DNA of 64,000 nucleotides, from assembly GCA_020137815.1 (NCBI GenBank), contig CM035353.1:62001-126000 (forward strand), given 5' to 3'. The notes beneath the pieces were generated by a model, which was given only the letters and a program-made list of their open reading frames with translations, was not told the origin of the DNA and made no database searches. Within the stretch, counting starts at the first letter, position 1; each line of letters starts with the position of its first letter. Source of the stretch: Hormiphora californensis (lineage: Eukaryota; Animalia; Ctenophora). This document shows, piece after piece, positions 32,235 to 44,200 of the stretch. The position numbers were made by a program, and so were the translations under genes.

Positions 32235-35200
32235 ATGAAGTCGCTACGTTTGTTACTGTTACATTTCTTAGCAATTGTAATATCGGGGCAGCAGGATCTC
32301 AAATCTATTAGAATAGGTCAGTCAATGCATGGCTTCAATCTTATATTGTTTCCCTTCTTCTTGGTGATCCAGACCTCTCGACAGTCCCCCCACAGCACCT
32401 CCATCCACCCACCGCCCCCACCCCACCACACAGCACCTCCACCCACCCACCGCCCCCACCCCACCACACAGCACCTCCACCCACCCACCGCCCCCACCCC
32501 ACCACACAGCACCTCCACCCACCCACCGCCCCACCACACCACACAGCACCTCCACCCACACACCGCCCCCACCCCACCACACAGCACCTCCACCCACCCA
32601 CCGCCCCACCACACCACACAGCACCTCCACCCACCCACCGCCCCCACACACCACACAGCACCTCCACCCACCCACCGCCCCACCACACCACACAGCACCT
32701 CCACCCACCCACCGCCCCCACCACACCACACAGCACCTCCACCCACCCACCGCCCCCACCCCACCACACAGCACCTCCACCCACCCACCGCCCCCACCCC
32801 ACCACACAGCACCTCCACCCACCCACCGCCCCCACCCCACCACACAGCACCTCCACCCACCCACCGCCCCCACCCACCACACAGCACCTCCACCCACCCA
32901 CCGCCCCCACCCACCACACAGCACCTCCACCCACCCACCGCCCCCACCCCACCACACAGCACCTCCACCCACCCACCGCCCCCACCCCACCACACAGCAC
33001 CTCCACCCACCGCCCCCACCCCACCACACAGCACCTCCACCCACCCACCGCCCCCACCACACCACACAGCACCTCCACCCACCCACCGCCCCCACCACAC
33101 AGCACCTCCACCCACCCACCGCCCCTACCACACCACACAGCACCTCCACCCACCCACCGCCCCCACCCCACCACACAGCACCTCCACCCACCCACCGCCC
33201 CCACCACACCACACAGCACCTCCACCCACCCACCGCCCCCACCCCTTATCCAGAGTACCCAGCGGGTACCCACTACGCTCTGCTTCTTCTTCCCTTTACT
33301 AAAGGCCTCCTCCAGGGCTTTTAATTGATTTAGTACCATTATATCGTTATTTATCTTGTTAACTCCTCTGCAGGGCTACTTTATACGGATGAGAAGAGTA
33401 ACACACCGATAGCATTTAATCAGGCTATCAACGAAGTCAACTCAGATACAGAGGTATCATATGCAGCCAATCAGAAGCCTTCATTTCAAAATCCAGGCCT
33501 CTGATTGGCTCGCAGTCAGACCCATATCATGCAGTCCATATTTTATAGCTGTTTTTTCTATTGTATAACTAAGTTATGAATCCGGCTAAGGAATTAGAAA
33601 TGAATTATGGATTAATTATCTAGAGTTTAAATCATATTTTAGAACAAAATTCCAGATTTCAAATGTTTTGTATGTTTTGTATATTCTAGTGGTTACCTGG
33701 TGTAGTATTGGACGCAGTAACGAAGAACATCGGAAGTGACAATGACAACCCCGCACAAGCCGTTCATCGAAGTGAGTTTGAGACAGATCAGATCGGTAAT
33801 ACTAAGTATTAGTATATTTGGTTTCATATTATCATAATAACGTATGATCATTTATCACATATGTTTCACAGTGTGCAGATTGCTGGAGCAGGATGATTTG
33901 ATGGCGGTTATTGGTCCCTTTTCCTCATCTCATGTGAAATCATGTTCCTACACAACACACCGGGTATGTTTAGAGATTCAAATATTGTAGATGACAGATT
34001 GGCGTCGACTGAATTGTTATAAGTACAGTTGTACGTGTGACTAGCTTAGGATTGTAATGATGAAGGATTGATGAAATGTGACCGTATTTTCAGATGGATC
34101 TACCCCTAGTAGCCCCAACAGCCACAGACCCCGATCTAACTAACCCGTTCTGGAGTGACAGTCTTTTAAAACTTAGTCCTAGCAATACCGTGAGTTTTGA
34201 TGTAGTTACCCACGTTACCTGGGTTACCAATGTTACCTCTACTATCACTGGTTACCGAGGTAACCTGCTACTACTACTGCACGGAGATCAATATGAATTT
34301 CAATTTCAGTTCCAAGCAGACGCCATGGTAGACGTTGTGGTTAAATTTGGGTGGCGGAGAGTTTCCCTTGTGTTCACTAGCGAGCCCTATGGTAATTCGA
34401 TAATTCTGCTGTATTTGTATGGTTCTAGGTCGATATGCTGTTATCGTGAATATACCTATGTGATATCTTAATTGAAGCATTTGGAACATAAATGAACATT
34501 ATCACATTTAAAAGATTGGATAATTTAAGTTTCTTTTACTCTTTTAGGTGTAACTCTCGGCTGAGGAAATGAGGAACAAAATTAAAGGGGAAGGGAGTAA
34601 AAGTTATCACGGAGTTGGAAATAGGGCTTGATTTGAACCCCTCCACCAAAACTACTAAGTAAGTGTTTCAAATTATAAATTAACGAATTGAAAGAATTGT
34701 ATATCTATTGAATTGAGTAAGCTTCAAATGATAGATTCATGAATGAATTGTATATCTATTGATAGAGGCGTGGCTGGCTGTTATACCATTATTAGTGAAC
34801 AGGATACAGTTAGCGATGAAAATTAGTTTTCAGATTTTGTAGAGAATGCTCACCTGGATCAAATAAAGATATTTTTAGGCATATGTAATTCAATAATTCT
34901 CAAATTAGTCAGAGCTGGTTAGCTGGATAGTGGATATATAGCAGAATATGATCATCATTTGCCTTTAGAGGGTGGATCAATCAGCTCAAGAATGCGGTCA
35001 CCAGGGTAACGCTCCTCCTGACTCACTCATCTGTGGGAAATGAAGTGCTGAAAGCAGCCAGGAAACACGACATGATCGGACGAGAGTATGTGTGGGTCGC
35101 TTCAACCGCTATGGCTGATGCTACGGTAAGATAATTATCATATACAATCTAAGGGAGAAATAAAGGGTAGAGGAGCTTGTTTCATTTTGACTTCTCTCCA

Positions 35201-38200
35201 TGAATCTCCACTTTCCAGGACCTTGCGTTTTCACCTGATGGAAATCTAAAGCCTGAGTATGATGGGTTGCTTGGAGTGTCGGCCTACCTAGATATCACTG
35301 GCGGTTTCTACAAGCGCCTCAGGAGGGCTTATACTGATGCTAATGTAACAAGAATATCGGTACGTATCAATTCCAATATGGAGGTTAGGATTACTTCGCC
35401 GCGGAGGTTCCGTGAACAATTGATTCTCAAAAATATATTCTTGATAATAAATTATTCACGGAACTTAATATATTAGCTCCTGCAATACAATCTTCCCCTC
35501 AATTGCTACCATATCTTGATCAACTATACAGGTGTCCATCTCACCAACTCCCCCCCCCCCTCTAGCCTGCCGATGCCCTTGTTTACGATGGAGTCTACCT
35601 ATTGGCACACGGTTTGGATAGGGTGATAAAATCACGCGATGGTAACCTGGAAATGATAGACAACTTTGCTGGTGACTGTTACTCAGACTCCTTGCCTAAA
35701 GAGTGGACTGACTTAGTTAACTCACTTAAAATCAATTTCATGGTATAACATACAACTTATTATCATTCTTTTTTCAGAAAAAAACACTCCCTTTTTTCAC
35801 TCCTCCCCGCGCTAACATTTAAAATATCATACTCAGTCCCTTACATTGCTTGTAATTTGATGTAACTCTCCTATAGTCGCCCTACACCGGTATTACGGGA
35901 TCAAGAAGCATGTGGCCAGATGGGAACCCTGACGGAGACAAGATCCGATACAATATAGTCAGCTTCTCCAATAACGCCGTGGAACCGGTATGACGCTATT
36001 TTCTGGTTTACGAACTATAATATCTTTAGTGAAGCTTTGATTTGATTTTTTGATTTGGAAAAGGATAAAAATCGATATATTTATAAAGACAATATCCCGG
36101 TTGGCTCCTATTGACGGAGTGTCAATATCGACGGAGCGCTTACACCTCAAAATACTCTAAAAATTCACACACAGACAGTTCTCACACACTACAGACAAAC
36201 AGACTAATACAGTATATTTTTAATAGAATAAACAAAATCTAATATGGCTGCTATAATAGATAATATATTGATTATTTCCCCCTCCCTAGCCAACCCCCCA
36301 AAATTCTTGTTTGTAAATGTCTTGTAATCAGTTATGTGATTAGATTCGCGACTGTGCGATTGCTTGTTGTATAGTTTCAACTCTTCAACACCACACCAAA
36401 GAAATAAATAATTTGAAGTCCATGAGATAGGAGAGATTGATCTAAAGTTTAGAAAGTAGGTGAAGTCAATAGCACAGCCGCGAATTTACGAATTTGGAAT
36501 GTTATTCCAGAGATAATCTTTGAGCTTGGCCACAAAGGCATCATGAGAATCTAGGCATCGTAGGTCATGCGGAAGGTTATTCCATTCCACATGGATACGG
36601 TAAAAATAACTATGTTTAAAAGCGTCAATATTAGGGTTATGTGTGCAAATGATGTCTGTTTGGTCCCGGTTTGTCTGTTGTCTAGTTGTACGCCTGTCGT
36701 GTCTGTCAGGGATGTATTTGTGAAGGAACATTGGAAGTTTTAGGGATGAAGATCCGTAGAATATCTTATGAAACAGTTTTAAGTCATTATAAAGGAACCT
36801 TTCGGTAATAGGAAGAATCTTTCTTTGTTTAAGTTTACTGACATACGTTTTCCAATCATAGCTGAGCTCCATTTCATTATTTATCCATTTTAATGCACGT
36901 TTTTGGAGCTTTTCGAACTTTTCAATACTAGAGGCTGAAACTGGTCGCCATATCTGGCTGCAGTGTTCAAACAACGAACTAACAAGACTGACATAAAGTG
37001 TTCTCCTCTTTAGAGGGGAATCAACCAGAGCACTAGTTCTCTTGACTAGGCCTAACCTCTGAGACGTTTTAGAAATTATCATGTTTTGGTGTTCTAGAGG
37101 CGATAATTTTCTATTGGTGATCACCCCCAGGTCAGTTTCATTTGTACATTGTTGAATCTCACTACTTCCTAAGTAATATTTTAGGTTAACAGGCTTATGC
37201 TTCAAGGTACATCTAAGAAGTTTACATTTATTAGGGTGGAACTTCATTTTATTTTTCACACTCCACTCAATCAATCTATCAATATCAGGCTGGAGACTAT
37301 CATTTTCATTCTTAATCGTCCTCCAGATTTTTAGATCATCTGCATATAGCTTTATATTGGTTTCTCCTTCATCCCCAATGGCCTCAACTATATCATTTAT
37401 AAATAGAACAAAAAGGAATGGACCGAGGATGGATCCTTGAGGGACTCCACTCTTAACATTAGACCATTCCGAGAATTCACCATCTAATGCTACTCTCTGT
37501 CGACGTCCAGATAAGTACGCTTTAAGAAATTGCAACATTTTACCGTTTATGTTATACTGGACTTTAAGTTTTTCAAGTATGACATCGTGTGATACGCTGT
37601 CAAAAGCCTTTTGAAAATCAAAATATATAATATCTGTTTGCAAGTGTTGGTTTAAATTTATTGCTAGCTCACAGTTAAACTCGATCAGTTGGGTCGTACA
37701 TGACTTCAGTGGTACGAACCCATGCTGATGAGGTGTAACTTTCTCCAGACAAGCCCTATACAGGCGCTCTCTAACCAACTTTTCGAAGACCTTCATAATT
37801 AGACACGTAAGAGAAATCGGTCTATAATTCTCTACATTAGACTTATCTCCTTTTTTGTGGACTGGCACAACATTTGCATTTTTCCACTCAGTTGGAATAG
37901 ACCCTTCATCAAAAACTTTGTTAAAAATTAATACTAGTGGATATGCCAATGATTTGTGACATTTTTTCAAAACTATACCGTCTATATTATCTGGGCCAGT
38001 GGCCTTGGATGCATCTAATTTTCTTAATATATCTACAACTTCATCAAAGTGAAAAGTTTCGTTGTTAAAATCATTATCGTGGTTTCTATCAAAATCAATT
38101 GGTGTGCTATACGTACTGGCTTGTGTGAACTGTTTACAAAAAAAATCATTAAACATTTTGCATTTTTGTTGACTACTTTTTTCAGAGTTATCCTCGTAAT

Positions 38201-41200
38201 GAACTATATCAGGGACTCTAGTGCTGCTAGTTTTTGATTTCACATGTTTAAAAAACTTTTTGGAAATTGCAGCTGTAGAGGCAGACTCATCAATGGAGGA
38301 GAGTTCTAGAAAGTGTGTTTCTTTCTCCCTTGACGCTTTTCTGTACTCTGCCTCCATACAAGTAAATACATTTTTTAGGGAAACATCATTTGGAAACTTC
38401 AGAGAAGCTTTTCTAGAATTATCCATTGACCTTTTTAACTGTCTCAACTCATCATCGTACCAGGGTGGTTGAGATCCTATTTTTACATTAACTAATGGTA
38501 CATGGTGTCTTAGGGTAATATCTAATTTTGATTTAAATTTCTGAAGAGATTGCTCGGCCCTGAGGTGTTTGAATTCCTTAGTCCAGTCATACCGAATCAG
38601 TCCCTCATTAATCGCATCCCAATCAGCTTTCTTGTAAGAAAACTTTTTAGCCGTCTTAAACTTGGGTCTTATCTTTTTGATTTGCACCTCACATTTAATA
38701 GTGAAGTGGTCAGATTTGACTAAACAATTTTCTTCTACCGATACATTGGAAAAACACGAACTATTATTTGTGAGAATTAGATCTAATACATTTCCATCCC
38801 TGTGTGTTGGTGCGTTTATTAACGAACTCATACCCAGAGATGTAAAAAGGTGAGCAAAGCCTTCGTGTATACTATTGCTCGATACTGGGTCATCCCAATC
38901 TTTAACCGAACTTAGATTGAGATCCCCGATGATTGCTAGGTTTTTATATTTTCTAGATAGGCGTGTGTAGTACCGCTCAGTTTCTTCAAGACAATCTGAC
39001 CCCGAGTAGTCATACCTGTAGAATGTTGAGATACATATCGGGGTCAGGTTTTTTGACTTGAGCAGTATGGTGACAATAGGCAGATTTACCTTGTCCTTTA
39101 CCTGATCAACTTCAATACCCATGTTATTCTTACATAGAATCATAACTCCTCCCCCACCCTTTTTATCATACATTTCCATGTCCCTTTTAGTTCTATCTTT
39201 TCTGTATATTGTATAGAACTGATCGGACACTAATTCCCCATCATTGACATGCTTGTTCAACCACGTTTCATTTAATACTACAATTTCTGGCTCATAAGTA
39301 AACAAGTATGCTCGGAGATCAGAGAGTTTAGATACTTGAAACTGGGGCTGATCACCACTAATTGATTGCATATTTATGAGACCATTAACGTTGCAGTACA
39401 CCACACTAATTTTTGTTTTTGGTTCAGTAGGCCCAGGATTTACAATACTGGGCTGGTGGATAACAATAAGTGCTTTTGCTAGACTTGAAAGAAAGATTAA
39501 TAGTACGACTAGTCGACACCTAACTATGATTTTGGAACAGGTGTTCCCTATTTTCCCCATACTTTTGAATATCACCAGGGTTAACACACAATTAGCATAC
39601 CAAATGTAATGCTGGTTGATACTCTTACCGACTTCTTCTCGGCCTGTTTCCATACATAGTTCTCTACAGGACAGAGAGGAAGTACATCTGGACATAGAGC
39701 CTAAAAGAATAAGTATTAGTATACTGTAACTTAGGTAGAGAATCAAATGAAATGGTGATATTGATGATGTTTGTCTGTACTGTCGGTCAAGGGTTTTGTT
39801 AGTAAACATTTTTCTTTTTCCACCCCTCCCCCCTGCAAACCTCCCAATAGTTTGTCTGTACTGTTCAGCACTTATCATTGTGGGGGTTTTGGATTTTGGT
39901 TTCGGCACTAAGGGTTCACGGAGGGTCTGTTGGTTGGGGTAATAAAACAACTTCTCCCCCCAAACATATATATTATCAATGCAGCAAAATCAGCAATCAG
40001 CGTAAAACTTCGTTATAAATCAGGTCAGTTAAGACCGAGTAACCATATTTATTCAAATGCACACCATCCCTACAATAAAGTGATGAGTTGAAAAACAAAT
40101 CACGCGTTAGGAAATCAGCCATCCAACTCACAAAACTGCAGTTCATGAGTTGGGACACACAATTTACAATTTTGTTGTACATGGTAACATTAGAGACCGT
40201 ATATGAGAAGTCTCCTCTCAGGGGAAGGACATGTGTAATCACTATCTCCGGGTCCCCATACAACCGTCTAATCTGCCTCACTAGGTGGCATAGTGCCCCT
40301 TGGAGTCGGTTCTTCGTTGCGCTGTTCTCACAGAAGTTCTTATCAAACCTAATATCGTTCGTACCATAGCAGATAACAACCTTCTCAAAGTGTGCCTCAG
40401 GGTGGCTCTGGTGGTACCTGGACAGCTCTTCAAACGCTGTAGTACCCTTCCATTTCGAATGGGGCTTCACAATCCTTGCACCCGACACAGAGATATTCTC
40501 AAGCCCCCGGATCTCAGGTACCCATTTGGACAGGCTCGTGCCCAAGAGCAGAGTAGTGGGGCTCCTAGGGTTGACGGCATGTCTCAAAGAAGGGACCACT
40601 CCAGAAGGGGTAGGAAGTAGGGGTGGTCTAACGGAGGGTACCGGCACGTTCGCCACTGGGGGAGGAGGAGGAGGATCCGGTTGGTAACCATCCCCATTAG
40701 GAGGAGGAGGGGAATGCTGGACTCCTATTGTTGCCCTCGATGGTGGGGAGGGCAGTCTCCGTGGGCTAGGTGGTGGTGGTGGTGGTACCAGATCTGTTGA
40801 GGGGAGCTGTGGGGTTGCTCTTCTGTAGTGATGCTTTCATTTGCAACTATGTATATGTTGTTTCCAACATCAATAAGCGATACTTTTTCTTGGAAAACCT
40901 GACCAGTGGCCTCTATACTTACATATCTCCTCCACAGGTTGGTCAGTGGCAAAAGGAGAGTAGGGTGACGCTTAACAAGGAAATTACCTGGTATGAAGGT
41001 GAAGATGTCACCCCCATTGACTCTCCAAACCTTGTCAATGTTACTCTTAAACTTGGACTACTGGAAGACAAACCGTTCATCATTTACAATTACACAAACT
41101 ACAACTATTCCAAATGTGAAGGTATATGGCCCTAGTAAACACAAAAAGTTTTTATAGCAATTGTGATGTAAATATTTGACATTGAACTGTTTCAGATATG

Positions 41201-44200
41201 CCGAATAAGGACTGGTGTTACACGGGGGTCAGCATTGATATTGTTAGGGACCTCCAGAAGAAGCTAAAGTTCAACTATGAGTTCTTTGAGTCGCCTGACG
41301 GGAAGTTTGGTAGTGTTAATAACGGCCAGTGGAATGGAATTATCAAAGAAATTAATGAGAAGGTAAATAACCTTTCAAAAAACTTTGAAGAAGAAGCCAA
41401 ATTAACTTTTAATAACCCTCCAAAAAACTCCCTAGAGGGTTGATATTGGTGTTGTTGGATTTGGTACATCGCACAGTCGAGAGAAGGCGGTTGATTTTGG
41501 TATTTCCTTCCTTCCTGGTGGAGTGAGGATGGCGACAAGAATGACTGCCGTGGAGACCAATCCTTTCTTTTTCCTGAAACCATTCTCAAACACTGTATGG
41601 TAAGCAATTGACTATTTTATATTCATACTCCTAGCCTCTCTCCTTCCCTCTTCCCAAAAAGAGAGGGGACGTCGTCCCCGGTTTCCTAGTTGGAATTAAC
41701 CCATCTTTATAATGAATGTTTTTACACATTACAGGATAGCTATTTTGGTTGGTATCCTGTTCTTCTTTGTGGTAATTCACGCCCTTGACTGGTACAGCCC
41801 TTACGGATATGCAGGTTAGTTTGAAATTGAGTTATTTGATAAAAGATGGCAGTTGAAACTATCATTATGGAGACTAGCAAAACTGGGGCGATCGTACCGA
41901 TCGCAAATCGAGGGGTCTGTTTCTATGTTTTTCTCTCTGCCTGTCTGCTATATGCTATGTGATGTGATCCCTCTCTTTTTCTTTCTTTCTCTCCCTTTTA
42001 TATATGTGATGTGACCCCTCAGGCCTCAAGTAGTTCTCAACACGTGTGATACGTGATACCTACGAATCACGTCGTCACACTGACGGATCACATCGTCTCA
42101 CTGACGGATCACATCGTCACACTGACGGATCACGTCGTCACATTGACGATAGGGTGTCACATTTCCGTGCAAATTTGCATTAGATATAGTTAGATATATT
42201 ACTTGATTTGTAATCTTCCTAAATTTCAGGAAGTATCAGATTCAAATGTAGCCAGTGCCAGTGTGAAAAATGCCAGGAGTTGACAAGACGGGGAGGGTTC
42301 AGAGAGAAACACTGTCCTTTTGAGGAAGACCACGAGCTTAAACACCGAATGGGTAAACTCATACTTTCCTGGGTCTAGGACTGAATGTCGAACAGACAAT
42401 AAATCACATCGGTTCGAAAGCTCGAAAATGTGGCCCTAACCCTAACCCGAACGATAGCCCTAAGCATATTAAGAAAACAGTACACAGTAAACTTTTCGTA
42501 TTTGGCCTAGCGGCCAAATTATCGAGCTTACATCCTAGCTCGGTGATTTATCGTCCGTTCGACTTTTAGTACGGACCCCCTTATATTATATCCTAATATT
42601 ACAATATTACAAAAAAGAGATAATACATTTACAGGGACGATGAGCAAGGCGAATGCGTTGTGGCTTTCCGTTTGCTCCTTCCTGACCTATGCCCCTGCTG
42701 ACGCGGTCCCCAAGAACTGGTCAGCCCGGATCATGATCACTATTTGGTGGATGGTGTGTCTTGTGTTGGTCAGTATGTACACTGCAAACCTTGCCGCCTT
42801 CCTAACAGGTTAGGGGGACCACATACAGCACCGGTGCGAACTCCAGAACGTCGCACCACATACTGTCGGTGGAAACTTCAGTACAGTGAGTGTATGTGGT
42901 GCCTCTTACTGAACAATCAATAAAAAACCTTCAAAACAAGCTAAAAACACGTAATTTTTTGTGAAATATCTTCCTCTCACTAATACCGAACTCTCTCTAC
43001 CTCCTTTTCTCTCTCTTGTTATGTTTATCTCCACTTATCTCTCTTTTATCTTTCCCGATTGCAGCACATATTTTCTCGATATGTTGGATAATCTCGCCCT
43101 TGTTCTAGGTGTGGCCCTTTCTGTCGTAGTGAGAGTGCGTGCGCCTCTTATTGGTTGCTGTGGTGTGGGTGTGTGTGTGTATTGTGAGATGCAGGTCTGT
43201 CATTGGCTAGTGCGCGCACGTGACCCCCACGTGACCTTTCAGTTCAGTACGAAGAGCACATACAGCACCGTACTGATCTTTTCTGAGCTAAGCTCACGTG
43301 AGATTGTGTACTGATAGTCCCACCGATATTTATCAGTAAGAGGCACCACATACGGCAGTGCGTACTGGAGTTTGCACCGAAAGTGCTGTATGTGCTAGTG
43401 AGAACTGAAGTTAGAGGCACCACATAAAGTCGGATTTTTTGAAGTTGTCACCCCAAAATGACCGCGCATGTGAAATTTATCAATTTTGACGCGCACACCA
43501 CACGTTAACATGTGATGTGACGCGCAAAAACATTCCGCGCACGACAAGGGGGGTGACAACTTCAAAAAATCCGACTTTACGGCGGTGCGAATTTCAGTAC
43601 AGTGCTGTATGTGGTCCCCCTTAGAGATCCCCATGGTAATATATCATAGAGTTTAGCTACAGATCTCCACCCCCCAACCCCACCACGGGCTGTGATTTTT
43701 GCTTGGTCCTTGAAGCGCCGTGATTGTTGCTTGGTCCTTCATGAAGGCGTGATTGTCAGGCTCATGCCCATAAACGCGGCACTCACGTGTGATCCATATT
43801 TGCATTCTGCACGTTTCAGTTCGGAAGATGACCGTGGACATCAATAGCATCGGGGACCTGCTTGACCAGAACGAATATAGTTTTGGAACCGTGGAGGGCA
43901 CTGTCACGGAGAATCTCATTCGATATGGAAGTGTAAGTGAAGTGTTTTATTTTGTTTTTAGATTTGGTTCTCATTTTCCTTAGCCCTGATCATTGTAAAC
44001 CCGATTCCTTTTGGTGTCTGAGTCGTTAGCTCACTTTGAGCTGAAACTTTGTGTACAATACTAAATTTATTTACGAATATTTATGAATGTTACTTGTTTC
44101 TAGAGCGAGGAAATGCAGAACGTTGCAAAGCGAATGAATTCCACAAACAGTTTTTCTGAGGCAGTTGATCGGATGAGATCGAGAAAATATATTTTCATGT

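Larger units (their letters stand above)
36036..40830 (-). mobile_element. CR1/L2-group LINE, 5'-truncated within ORF1, antisense in an iGluR-B intron
   Basis: Esterase ORF1, intact APE-RT ORF2, ~450-bp 3' UTR ending in an (AAATC)n-like tail at ~36036-36057. Similar 18-mers TAGTGA(A/T)GCTTT(G/C)ATTTG at 36027-36044 and 40826-40843 may be a degenerate TSD. Confidence 0.9.

Noticed and set aside
32166-33339. 378-aa Pro/His-rich ORF and Gly/Trp-rich antisense ORFs
   Set aside because: Only 32235-32316 is coding (iGluR-B exon 1, GT donor at 32317); the rest is an intronic minisatellite without stops.
42434-42462. Telomeric CCCTAA repeats
   Set aside because: Only 2-3 units inside a small TIR element; not an interstitial telomere.
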